Shown here: in pieces, positions 35,377-48,700 of the stretch
How the letters are laid out: every line of letters starts with the position of its first letter
How positions within the stretch are numbered: the first letter of the stretch is position 1
Assembly (NCBI GenBank): GCA_964247055.1
Contig: OZ176054.1
Span: 5,642,001-5,706,000, forward strand
Reading direction: 5' to 3'
From: Paragordius varius
Taxonomy: Eukaryota > Animalia > Nematomorpha
Length of the DNA stretch: 64,000 bases
Translations under genes and position numbers: made by a program
The notes under the pieces: model-generated
Database searches by the model: none
What the model saw: only the letters and a program-made list of their open reading frames with translations
What the model was told of the DNA's origin: nothing

Positions 35377-38300
35377 AACGAAAGCGGGCAGGTTTCTGCC
35401 GACTTCTCGTCGGGTACCTCCGTTCTTGTGTTTTAGCGGGGGAGTAGATAGCCTCAGGTTTCTGGGTATTATCATTATTTGGACTTTCGGCTGTCGGAGT
35501 AATTGGTTCGATTTCGTCCCTTGAATTGATCGTGTTTGGTTGCGTTTCAGCGATTGTTCCATCATCCGTGGCAGTGGTTACCTCCTCCTCATTTGTGTTG
35601 CTGGCAGTGGTCGGCTGTGGTTGTTGTACTATTTGGTCAGCGTGTTTCCTCACAACTTTGTCTCGGTCCTTGTCCCATACCTTGTATGAAAATAACCCTG
35701 TACGGTTCGTAATCTCTCCGGCGCGCCACCCTGGACTTAATTCATTTTTAATCATTACCTGGTCATTAATGGCAAACTGCCGTCGAGGGGCGGGTGCATC
35801 TAACAATCTCTCCCTACTATTTAACCAGGTTAAGGGCGTATGGGGGGTACGCTTAAACATTAACTGGGCCGGGGTTTCTTTCGTTGTTGAGTGTATAGAA
35901 TTTCTATACTCCCATAAGCTAGTGTTAAACGCTTCGTGGGTGGATAACCCATTATTTTTTATTCTTTTGTATTTATTTTTTATTGTACCTACTAACCTTT
36001 CTACCATCCCATTACTCTTAGGGTGGTAGGGGGTAACCTTAATATGTTTCACCCCTAACGTACAAGGTTGACGTAAAGTACTCGTTACTGAAGTATGAAG
36101 CGTTATCGCTCACAATCTCTCTTGCAAAGCCAAACCTTGCAAACGTTTCTTCTAATTTGTGGATTATATTCGCTGCGGTTACCTTTTTCAATATAAATCC
36201 TTCTGCCCATTTCGAGGCACTATCAATTATCAACAACCAATACAAACCGTCTACCGGTCCGGCTATATCAATATGCAAACCAGCAACATTATGATCCCAC
36301 TGATATGTGGAATTCTGAGTGACATTCGGCCTACTACGTTGGCACGATTCGCATTGACTACTGGCTTTTACCAGGTCATTTTCTAATTCTGGCCAATAAT
36401 ACGTAAATCTGGCCATCGCTTTCATGGTCTCTACGTTGTTATGCCCGCTGTGTAGGTATCTCACCACCTCTTTTTGGAGGGGCTTCGGAATTACAATCCG
36501 ATCATTTAAACTTAATAAGCCATATTGATATGCCAACTCGTCTTTACGGTTTACAAACTTTTTTAATTCTGGAGAACTCCAGTCATGGTTGTTTAACGCT
36601 TTAATTACTTTTTGTAATACTGAATCTAATGCAGTTTCTTTTCGAATTTCATCTCTGCTTAACCGCACGTTATGACAATTCAAAAATCTCAAATATCTGG
36701 TAACCGCATAATCTTCATCATAGGCAACGATCTCGTCAATCGACCATCTCGATAAATAATCAGCTCTATTTTGAGCCCCCTTTTGATGACTTATTTCAAA
36801 GTCGTATTTATTTATCATATTAATCCATCTTAGTAGTTTAGCATTATGTATCTCTTTTAAATTTCGATCTCTATTTATTAACTTTACTAAAGGTAAATGG
36901 TCAGTTAATATTATAAATTTTCTACCATATATGAAACTATGAAACTTTCTTAACGCAAATAATATTGCTTTTAATTCCTTCTCTATCGTGGAATAATTCC
37001 TTTCAGCGTTGCTACATTTTTGTGAGGCATACGCTATCGGTAACCTTTCACTATTAACTTCATGACTTAGAATACATCCGAATCCTAAATCTGACGCATC
37101 AGTTTCTATTATCAATTTCCTATACGAATTATATGGTGTTAAAAACACTTTTTCGCTTAACAAATTATTAGCTGCTAACCAGCTTTTCTCATGTTTCTCA
37201 GTCCAACACCATTTCGTATTTTTACTAGTTAATTCATGTAAGGGACCGACTATCATTTGTAATTTTGGTATAAAGCGTTCATGAAATGTCAAAAAACCTA
37301 AAAAACTACGTAACAACTTTTTATCTACCGGCCTTTTTAGTTCCTTGATTGCTTTAATTTTGCTTTCACAGGGGCTTATACCCTTTTTCGATATTTCAAA
37401 CCCTAAATAGTTTACTTATTCTGCGCCTATCATTATTTTATCTTGTCTTAATTTAAATCCGGCCTTATCGAGACGACTTAATACGTTATTTAAATTGTTA
37501 ATGTGCTCATTTTCCGTCCTACCAGTCACTAGGACGTCATCTAAATATACGCAAGTTCCCGGACTTTCAGCCAGCACTTGTTCCATCACTCTTTGGAAGA
37601 TGATAGGTGCCGTGGCCAGTCCAAACGGCATGCTTTTGTATCTAAAAAAACCCTTATGTGTTGAGATAGTTAACAATTCTTGACACTCCTCTGCCACTGG
37701 CATCTGGAGGTAAGCATCTTTTAAATCAATTTTCGTGAATGTGATACCTTCACCTATTTTTGACAGCAACTCATCAAACGTGGGAATTATGTGGGAGTCT
37801 TCTTGCAACCACTTATTAATCGTTACCCGAAAATCACTACATATTCTTAATTCGCCATTCAGTTTAAGTACATTAACCGTAGGCGTGGCCCATGTCACAG
37901 GTGTGGTGTTAGGATCAACCGGTTCTAAAATGCCTAACTTTTCTAGCCTCGTCAGCTCTTTCTCCACCTTTTCTCTTAATGGAAAAGGCACCCTGCGACA
38001 TGGCCATATTTTCGGGATCGCATTCCCTGCAATGCGAATTTTTACAGGGTCCTTATAACACCCTAACTTATTTTCGAATAAATTTTTAAAATTTTCACAA
38101 ATCTCATTCAATTTAAGATAATTAACTTTAACCTGTGGCATCTCAATCTGGAATTTCGCCATCCAGTCAAGTCCACAGATTAGCGGGGCCATCCCCATCG
38201 TTTTGCATAGGACACATATGTCCCCGACCATTTGTTTACCATTTACTTGGACTTTGACACTTGCTGTCCCCATCATTGGCACTGTGGTATTGTTGTACGA

Positions 38301-38747
38301 TTTTACTGGGGGTGTCGGATACAGTTTGGGTTTACCGATTTGCTCCCATGTGGCAAAGTTTATTACACTGATGTCCGAACCGGTATCATATATAAAATCT
38401 TTTTTTAACCCGTTTATTACTAGTGTTATCAGTAAGGGAGTTAGCGTCTTATGACCCACGTTAACTTCCTTCAACAATTGCCTATTGAAGTGCGGCCTTT
38501 GTCTTTTGGCCACACACATTCTCGCAAAATGGTTTAGCTTTCCGCATTTGTTGCAGGATCGTCTCCAGGCTGGACACTTGTTGGGTGGGTGTGTGAAACC
38601 GCAATGTTTGCATGTAATAGATGATTTTATTATTGTTTGTCGATTGGATTTATTATGTTGTAACCGATTGATATTATTGCTGTTACTGTATCGATTGCTA
38701 TTATTATTGTATTTTTGAGCTGTGATATTCATTGGTTCGTCTGTCAT
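35375..38747 (-). pseudogene. gag(NC)-pol polyprotein with a premature stop and a frameshift
   Basis: ORFs 37416-38747 and 36039-37316 are in the same frame, separated by a TAA at 37416-37418 (MIGAE*VNYLGF). A frameshift near 36065 lies in the integrase core before ORF 35375-36052. Confidence 0.93.
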
Positions 38748-38754
38748 ATCTCTT

Positions 38755-38762
38755 GGCCACCA
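38755..38762 (-). other. Putative primer-binding site TGGTGGCC
   Basis: Starts with TGG 1 nt after the 5' LTR. Priming tRNA not identified. Confidence 0.65.
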
Positions 38763-38763
38763 A

Positions 38764-39168
38764 TAATATCTGGGGACGGCAATGTAAAGTATTTATTGTA
38801 TATCACAAAATATTGTATATCACAAAAACAACAACGCGTTATATCATGATCTCTATATATATATATATATATATATATCTAAGATAATTAGGTTTAATGT
38901 ATTCACATATATCAAGGTGAGATGTTTGCTTATATACAATTATCTCAAAGTATAATAATTATCACAAGTGGTGGGGAGGTTATAACAATATAATAATAGT
39001 ATACAGATAAGTTAATAGGTTAATGTACTGCAAGGTATAATAATAATATTCACAAGTGGTGGGGAGGTTATAACAATATAATAATAGTATACAGATAAGT
39101 TAATAAGTTGTACTGATATATAACGAATGTTGTGTGTTTAACAGGTCTATTCAAATTAGCCTCTAACA
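38764..39168 (-). repeat. 5' LTR (405 bp)
   Basis: Differs from the 3' LTR by 2 substitutions, one 3-nt indel and microsatellite length. Confidence 0.96.
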
Positions 39169-39249
39169 ATATTGAGCCAGTGACTTTTTTTTATGACTCG
39201 TAAGGACTAAAACCCAAAGCACCATGTTATTCCCGATACATTTTTTGTA

Positions 39250-39294
<45 letters not shown>

Positions 39295-40451
39295 CATCAG
39301 AATATTTCTATGACCATGATATTATGCGCAGCACTATTTGAAGCTTTAAAACTTTGGAAATAACATATCTAGTGTAAGTGCTTCAGCTAGGTTTAAGCCT
39401 TAAACTACGCTAAAGGTAGTGAATAAAACCGAGCAGAACTGAGCCCAATGGTTTTATGCTTTAAGCCATACCTCACCGTGGCACGAGTTAAAAGGTGACT
39501 TTTATTTGTAATTTGTCATGGCATCTATTTTACAGAATATTTTGGAATTATTTATTACCTTAGAGAATTCAATAAAAAGGATAAATACTACAGGGGGTCT
39601 TTTGCAATATGGTTAAACACTAACCAAGGGGCTGCAAATTAATATTTTAATGAAATTTTATTCTGATATGAAATTATGATTATTTTGGTGGTTTTAGCTT
39701 TAATAAGTGATTATAATCACTCAAAAGGTGGAAACTGATCTATACTTTTGTGTTAACTGCTCCATATCATCGGATGACAAAATTTGCGCACATTCTGTTA
39801 TACTTTTTTAATGAAAGCTAAATGCTTCATTCGAAAAATATGATTAAAATATATAATAAACATAAAAAAACAATAATTTTATTTTTAATATTAAGATGTG
39901 GACTCCGATCTCAAATTTGCCTTTCTAAAATGACTAGTTCTTTTGAAATAAACATGAAAATGCCGATATTTTCTGATAAAAATTTTAATTATATGGATAG
40001 ATTATAGCATCAAAAAACATATTTTTGGAAAAAATGCATGCTTTGTTTAAAAATTTAATTTCCAGCCAAATTATATTCAAGCCTACTTAATAGTAGTTTG
40101 TGGCATGTATAAAATCGCTCAGAGATATTATAAAAACATTTTTTCTATAAAATAATTTCCATCATCTCATAATTTTGATTAAGTTATTCCGTTCGTCTAA
40201 AATTTCTTTAAATTATAAATTATTTGCATCAGGCAAATTTAAAACAAACGAAATTTAAGAGGTGATAGTAATGTTCAGCATCATCGATTTATATAAAAAA
40301 TGCACAATTAATATTTTAAAGTCTTTTTACCATTTCACCATGCTTCAAAATACCATACACTTGTCCAAAATTTTGCTATAAACAGTGTGTACAAAAAATA
40401 TCTTGCTTAAATAAATAAATATATATATATATATATATATATGAGAAAATG

Positions 40452-41835
40452 TATCAGAAGTATCAGGGTGCTTAGGGTTTTGGCCCTTTAGATACATAAG
40501 AAAGTTATTTGCACTTTTGTGGTAAGTGCTTCTAATCAAAAATGGCTAAATCGCCTATATTTTTTTTAAATAAACTATTTTGTTGATCCAAAATGTTTCA
40601 TTCCAAAAATATCACTAAATCATAAATATAAAAAGCCAAACTATATTCATTAAAAAATTTAATTTTTAGATTTAGGCTCCGAAAGTCCCAAATTTTTTCC
40701 TCTTTCAAAATGGGCTACTTCTTGCTTGATAAAAATTTTAATATGGTAAATTTTGAAATCAACTAAAAATATTTTTTAAAAAATGTATACTTTTTTCAGA
40801 AATTTTATTTTTAGCAAAATCTTGTTGTAGCGTACTTCACAGTATTTTCCTGATGGAAACGGTTTGAAAACGCTTTATTACGAAACATTTACTTCAATGA
40901 TTTTGAACATTTCATCAACTCAAAATTTTGATTAAAATATTATTCGTCTTCAAATTATATATAATATAAATTGTGTTTTTTACAAAAATTCAGCAAAATT
41001 TCAAAGTAAAACTTTATATAGATATTTAAAGCTTTAGAATTGTTGAACTCAGAAAATGGTAAAATGTTTTTAATCTGTTTCCATCATGCCACAAAATAGA
41101 AAGTACACTTCAACAAAATTTTGCTAAAATTTTTGGAAAAAGTATGTTTTTAACACTTTCTTACCTTTTCACTCTTTTATCCTAGTTTACATTTTGCGAT
41201 AATTTTATACAGAGCTGCAAATAAACTACAGTTTTGAATGTTATCTTAGTTAAAATTTAATTAGCAAACATTGCTCTCGTGTATTATTTAATATAAAGGT
41301 AATATTTTTTACAGTTTTTTGACTTTAGACTTAAAAATTAAACCCAAAATAAACGATTGAAACAAACAGCTGATATTATAATAAAAATATATCAAGTTTT
41401 TGTTGGTGATATGTGCCTAAAAGACTAAAGACATTTTTTAAATTCAGCATAATTCCTTAAATGCTTTTTTATATTCCAATTTCAAATGGCTCTGTATAAA
41501 ACTGCCCAAAAGGTAATGGAGTGTTAAAAATATTATTTTTAATGTCAAGGCCCAATGCCGGTATTTTTACGTTTAATTTAGGAGAAGTAGCACATTTCAA
41601 AAATGGAAAAAAATTGGACTTCGGAGTCCAAATCTAATAGTTAAATTTTTCAAAAAATATTGATTTGCTTTTTATATGTAGTATATCTACTTTAATATTT
41701 TTTGAAATGAAATTTAGCTGTCACCAAAAAAATTATATTAAAAATATGTGGTCAAATGCCATTTTCTCACTTATTACATATATATAAATAGTTTTATATT
41801 TACACATTTTAACAAAACTAAAAGCACCATGTTAC
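40452..41835. mobile_element. Degenerate long-TIR element of the same dispersed family
   Basis: Left end TATCAG...GGTGCTTAGGGTTTTGG and right end CTAAAAGCACCATG. The block TTAGATTTAGGCTCCGAAAGTCC (about 40665) is inverted at about 41610. Related blocks occur near 1960, 13030, 28760 and 31070. Confidence 0.5.
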
Positions 41836-42460
41836 TACTACATTTACCTAAGAATATATATAGAATTCTATTTCAAGAAAACTTGCCAATTTTGGAAGAG
41901 TTAAAATTTGAGACTTTTGGAGCTCACAAATGTATTTTAGTTATATTTTTTAAAATGAGGCATTTAGCTTTTGCTAAAATTTTATTTACCAAAATGTGGG
42001 CAAATGCGCCATTTCCTGATATGGATTAGTTAGCAACTGATAACTATTTTACACCATTTGTGAGGGCGAAAATTAAAAGCATGACTAATACATTTTATAC
42101 TTACTAAAAAAATTCTGAAGGACCCAAAAATATTTTTTTTTCTCAAATGCCCCAAATAATGTCAATAAATATTTCATACCTCTATACGTTTGCAGATAAT
42201 TATATCAACAAGTATATCAAAAAATTAATAAATAATTAAGGATCATAAAGGCATTTTTAGGGCTGTATGCAGCTCGTATGCTGCGGTTGTACCACTGTAT
42301 TATACTATCAGAATATATATATTTCATCAGGATATTTATTGAAGAACTTTATAATTAAACATATCATCTATTTCATGTGCACTTGTTAAATTAGAATCTT
42401 TTATCGCTAATTCAATTTTACTATATAAACTATGAATATCAATTATAATTATCATATTAA

Positions 42461-43021
42461 CACTTGGACACACTCATTTTAGTCCTTCGATTCAAATTGG
42501 GGTAGTTGGATACCCCAGGCCTGTTTAAAATTAAATTCTTAAAAAATATAGAAGGAATTGAAACCATGGCAAAATTTTGCACTTATATAACATTAATAAA
42601 CCGAAATATATAAAAAATTTTATTCAAAAATACTTGATATTACTTATTTTAAGCTAAAACCGAAAGATAAAAATTTCGACAACGTAACATGTGTCAAATT
42701 GTAAAATTAAAAAATTATACAAACTAAACCGCTTTTTCTATTTCTATCAATGTTAGATGTAATTTACATAAAAAATTAGCTTTAGTTTTCCCTTAAAATT
42801 AAATAAAGACGATATTTTGCAAAAATTTTGTAAAATAAAAATGGCGTCGAAGAAGTTTGAGATGGAGCATTTTTTTCAAACCAAAATTTTATGAAAATGT
42901 TTTGGCATATTATCAGGATAGAAGCATAAATTTAAATTGAAACCGTTTCCTTCAGTAGTTTTTTAAAAATATTAATTTAAATTTAGTCTGGGGTATTTAG
43001 ATCCCAATTCGAATCGAAGTG
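42461..43021 (+). mobile_element. piggyBac-like MITE (561 bp) immediately upstream of NSF
   Basis: TTAA at 42457-42460 and 43022-43025, with CACTT termini. Confidence 0.87.
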
Positions 43022-43096
43022 TTAAATTAATTGTTGAAATAAAATATTTTCTTTTCCGTAATTTTCATATGTTATTTAGTTTATACATAAAAAAAT

Positions 43097-45428
43097 ATGG
43101 TAAATCAAAAACTACGAGTTATAAAATTGCCAACAGAGGATTTATCTTATACCAATTGTGCTGCTGTTAACATTAAACAATTTCCCAATGACATAAATCA
43201 TGTAATTATTGAGTCACATTTTATATTATCATTAAAAAAAATCACTGAAATTCCACTCGGCGACATCGGTTTTTCTTTACCTCTACGAAAATGGGCAGGG
43301 TTATTTATCGAAGGATTAATTGACGTAAAGCCATATAATTTTGATAAAAATACTCAACAAATTCATAAGATTACATTTGAAGTGGATTTTTGGGGCAAAA
43401 AAACCAATATTCAAGAAGTATACGATACCGTTGATATGGCTGATGCTGTTGATAAGCAGTTTAGAAATATATCATTCAGTGTTGGACAACAGATACCTTT
43501 CAATTATATGAATAAAAAATTGCTATCTTTTATTGTTAAAGAGATTGAATGCATTGATGTTCCAGAATCCCAAGCATTTATTAAATCAAAAAAGAGTAAT
43601 TTTGGGATTTTAGTATCAAAATCATTCATATTCTTTGATAAAGCCGAATCCTCAACTATACTTTTAGGTGGAAAATGTAAAGGTAAAGTTGAATACCAAT
43701 CAATTATTAATCCCGATTGGGATTTTCAGAAAATGGGAATTGGTGGGTTAGACACCGAATTTTCGGCAATATTTCGCCGAGCATTTGCATCAAGAGTATT
43801 TCCTCCTGAAATAGTTGAGCAACTAGGTCTTAAACATGTCAAGGGCATTTTGTTGTTTGGACCTCCTGGGACAGGAAAAACTTTAATGGCAAGGCAGATA
43901 GGAAAAATGCTAAATTCACGTGAACCGATAATAGTTAACGGACCACAAATATTGGATAAGTATGTGGGAGAATCTGAAGCCAATATTCGCAAATTGTTTG
44001 CACCTGCCGAAGAGGAAGAAAAGAGATTAGGACCTATGAGTGGCTTGCATATAATTATCTTTGATGAAATAGATGCGATCTGTAAATCTCGAGGTTCAGT
44101 GGCCGGAAGTACCGGCGTACAAGATACTGTTGTGAATCAACTGTTAGCTAAAATAGATGGAGTTGATCAATTAAATAACATTCTAGTCATTGGGATGACC
44201 AATCGCAAGGATATGATAGATGAGGCTCTTCTTAGACCAGGACGGTTTGAGGTACAAATGGAAATAGGTTTACCTAACGAAGAAGGCCGATTACAAATCC
44301 TAAAAATTCATACAGCAAAAATGCGAGAAAACAAGAAAATGGATCCTAATGTTGATTTATTAAAATTAGCAGCATTAACACGCAATTTTAGTGGGGCAGA
44401 AATTGAGGGTTTAGTTAGAGCCGCACAGTCATCCGCTCTCAATAGATTAATTAAGGCTACCAACAAAGTTGAAGTTGACGCTGATGCATTCGATAAAATT
44501 ATGATAACTATGGATGATTTTGTGAACGCTTTGGAGAATGATATAAAACCAGGTTTTGGTGCAAGTTTTGAACAAATCGAAAATTACATATCATATGGCA
44601 TAATTACATGGGGTAAGATTGTTCAAGAAATATTGGAAGATGGTAATTTATTTATTCAACAAGTATGGAATAGTGAACACAAGTGTGCAATAAGTGTTTT
44701 GTTGGACGGAACACCGGGAAGTGGTAAAACAGCATTGGCAGCAAAAATTGCCCTAACCTCGAATTTTCCATTTGTTAAGCTTATAACACCGGAAGATATG
44801 ATCGCTTTTACCGAACCGGCTAAATGTCAATATATTAAAAAAATATTTGATGATGCTTACAAATCTGAGTTGAGTTGCATAATAATTGATGACATTGAAC
44901 GACTACTCGAATATAGTCCCGTTGGACCGCGTTATTCAAATTTAGTCTTGCAAACTCTTTTAGTTCTTCTCAAAAAAGAACCCGCTGTGTCAAACACCAA
45001 AGCTATTAAAAAAATGTTAATCCTGGGTACAACAAGTGAGCCCGCTTTTGCTAAAGAATTGGGTATATTGTTTAAATTTAATTTACATTTTTAATGATTT
45101 GATATTTATTCTATTCATATTGCAAATTAATTTAGGCATCTTATCGGCTTTCACTTCAACCATCCGCGTTTTCAATCTTTCTAATGGACAACACGTTCTC
45201 AATGTGCTTGAAACGTTAGATTTTTTTGGACCAGAAGAGCTTGAGTCAATCTCGCAGAAAATAAAGCATGCCAAATGCTTTGTTGGCATCAAAAAATTAA
45301 TTGCAATAGCTGATCTCTCACGACAAACTGAACCAAAGTATAGGGTATCAAAATTTTTGATTAAAATGGAAGAAGAGGGTGGATTAGAAATCAAACCTGA
45401 CCTCTATGAAGCGGATGAAGGCATGTAA
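43097..45428 (+). CDS. NSF: N-ethylmaleimide-sensitive factor (vesicle-fusing AAA ATPase), 752 aa
   Basis: join(43097-45062,45136-45428), one 73-nt intron. [35 protein letters not shown], Walker A GPPGTGKT and [16 protein letters not shown]. Confidence 0.98.
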
Positions 45429-45753
45429 TAGAAAAGGAGACAGCAAACTTAGTATAAAATTAATGACTATGCTGTACAAAAATACAAAGCATTCCCCACG
45501 CGTTAAATACCATATACATTCTTTTTACGCTATTGCATTACTACGTTATTCAACGCAGTAAAGAATGGTAATAAATAGATAGATAACCAAATAAATTGAC
45601 AAAAAATGTGCAAAAAATCCAATATATTGATTATTTATTTCTATATGGTATGTATTATTGTGATATTATTATTGTTATGACCAATTATATTGATTTTTAT
45701 CTAATGATAATCGATATTTTGATAAATCTTTATATATGTATAATGAATATCTT

Positions 45754-48700
45754 TTATCTATTATTTTTGAAATATGCCTTTAATGTTTTGATGTAACTTG
45801 ATTTGTTTCCGGATGACTTTTGAATATTGAGTGTTGTACAAAATTTTTTGAGCATTGGTAAAGTACAAGTATCAAACTAATAAAAATAATTAAAATTCCG
45901 AATCATAACTAATCCGCGCATATTCAATAATTAAATCTTGTAAAAAAACAAAGATACCATCGGCACCTTTAATATGATAAAACTGATATAAATTAATTTA
46001 TTAAAAAATAAAGTAAATAGTAATTTACCGTATCATTTTTATAGTATGTCATAATCTCGTTTATATGGTAGTTAGGCAACTTGATTTTCTGTAAATATGG
46101 TAAAACAAATTATTTTAAATTTAATATGTTAAAAAATCAATTGTATCCGCAGTTCAAATTGATTACAACAAAATTCACAGTAAAATACTACCTTCGAAGG
46201 AACAAATGTTGTAGACGTGCCAGATATGTTAAGCTTATTCTTTAATAACTTAATCGGTTGATGTAATCTTTCATGCAATACCTTATAGTTGGGGAGTGTT
46301 GAATCATGAAACTCTTCGCCTCCAGTAATGGATGGTCTGTCTAAAGCCAACGCCTCAAGTACACGGTAATGTCTTTGAAGCACTATGCAACATTAATAAA
46401 TTAAATTAAAATTATATACACAAAACATAAAGGTATAAAATAAATTATAAATGTTTGACCTGGATTTTCAAAGTTAGTGATTGCATAAGTAAATTTTGAT
46501 TTTTGTATGATTTGTTTGGCTAAATCGATTGTTTCTGGATCGGCCTTTATATCTATATAAAAAATATTTTGTTATACAAATCAAGAATTATCATTTTATA
46601 GGGAAGCTACCTGCTTCGAGAAACAATTACAAGTATGTTTGTAAGATAACTCATAAAAACTATTAGGTATGAAAAGTTAGATTTAAATTATGTATGAAGT
46701 GCTAAAATTATAAAGAAAAAATATTATGGTTAAAATTAGGTTGAATATGTCCGTTCAATAATAGCTATAGTTTCAAAGCTTATGAATGCAACTACGGTCC
46801 TCAATAATGTTAAATGTGAAATTATCATATTAGAACAAAACGAAATAAAGCAATAAAATGAGTTTTAATAGTATAAATACATATTTGTAACAATTAATAA
46901 AAATTGTTAAAAAGGTTCTCAACTCATTAAATTGATTAGCAATGACAATTACAACATTTTATGCATTCATTACCAGTCTCAGACCAAATCCTTGTTTTAA
47001 TAATAACCGTAATATTTTTTCTTAATTTGACCTAAATCAATATATTAAAAGTATTAACCCAAATTCATTGGATACGATATTTTTCTAAAATCTTCGGCGT
47101 AAGGCAAGTATTTGACATAAAAACCACTCGGTTCTAATTGCACGCCTTCAGAATTGACGATTTCCATCTAAAAACATAAAAAGAATAATCCAAGTTGGTT
47201 AATCCTAAAATATTGTTTGCACAGAAATGCTGCAAAATATATAATTATCGTTCTAGTTATGTTTAAAACTTGATAATTAAGCGTATATAAAACATTTATG
47301 ATAGAGTGAATAAGAATGATCAAAAATATTATTTTTAACTGCAAATTATAATCATATTAATATATATGTATAATTCAGCTAAAATTATATAAATTTATTA
47401 TGATATTTCGATTACTACAAGTAATCTTTGTCAAAGGTAAAAATAAAATTAAAATATAATAAAATTTAAATTATAAAGTAAAAATTTTAGTTTATATTTT
47501 AATTTTATTTTTACGTTTGACAAAGATTACTTGTAGTAATCGAAAGAATTATACATATATAATAATACAATCACACTTCAGGGTAAACAATATAATCACA
47601 TTATTACCATTTTTTTCCAAAAAAGACCTATATAATTAAATTTTATCTTCAATTTCGTTTTCGGAAATACAACATTTAATATTAATTCAAAACTAAAGCC
47701 CTGTTTGAGAAAAAATTATATTTTGATTATAATTAAATTGAACTAGAAAAAACTTGAGGCATTAAAGCTACCAAATAGGGTTGCGAAAAACGGCGTGGTA
47801 CGAATGAGCATATAATAACTTTTTCGCGTTCATGACATCGCGTTAATAAAGCACGAAATAATTTGGTACTTCCGATAATTTTCTGCAATACAGAAGGTAA
47901 TTAACGAAATTGTGCCAAAAAAATGTAATTAAATTTTTTTAATACAAAATGTAATAACCATTTTTATAATAAAAGCAATTATTACTTTTTCTTCGGGAAA
48001 TATGAATTGAGTCGGGCGTACAAACCAGTAAGGCTTGATAAAACTGACTGGTTTAAATCCCATAATCTTGATGTCTAATTACGATAAAATTAACAAATCA
48101 AAAAAATGTATCAAAAAATATTATAAATTCCAGCTTGAATATTTCAAATCGACTTAAAATCTGCGAGCCTTAAAAAATTAAATTCATTTTAATAATATAT
48201 CGGCATAGATAACATATAAGTATAATTTAATATAAAAAGAACTAAGCAGAACAAAAAAAAACTCAACTATGAGTAATTTAGATCAAAACACTTTTTATTT
48301 TTAGGTAAATTTATGTTTTAGGATTGAGAAGATAATTGAAAATCTTTAAAAATCAATTTAACAATATTATATATATACCATCTAATCTAATTCACCCTTT
48401 CACAATTCAAATTCACTCTAAAAATAAATGTGTTTTCGGGCTAATATAACTCATCATTAATATAAAATATATCTTTATGGCATAGTTTATAATTTTTTTA
48501 TTTTTATATTTGTAAACAAATTTATATTTTTAAAATATTAAAAAATACAATAACACAAAATTTATCTTAGGGTGAATTTGAATTGTTCGAGGGCGATTTT
48601 GAATTATTCAAGGGTGAATTTGAACTGTAAATTGTATATATATTAAGCAGTATTTTCCATAATTATTACAAGAACAGATCAAAAGCGTATTGACAAACCT

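Larger units (their letters stand above)
34942..39168 (-). mobile_element. Ty3/Gypsy LTR retrotransposon (Mag-like), 4227 bp, capsid-less and defective
   Basis: Two near-identical LTRs, 5-bp TSD ATATT (34937-34941, 39169-39173), PBS and PPT. Domain order: zinc knuckles-PR (YDTGS)-RT (YLDD)-RNase H-integrase. The twin CCHC knuckles with CPA spacer are typical of the Mag clade. Confidence 0.97.

Noticed and set aside
46974-47031. Possible cassette exon in Ku70 after a 27-nt intron
   Set aside because: It is 58 nt long with an in-frame TAA. Exon 47059-47167 joins 46552 directly in phase and matches Ku70.
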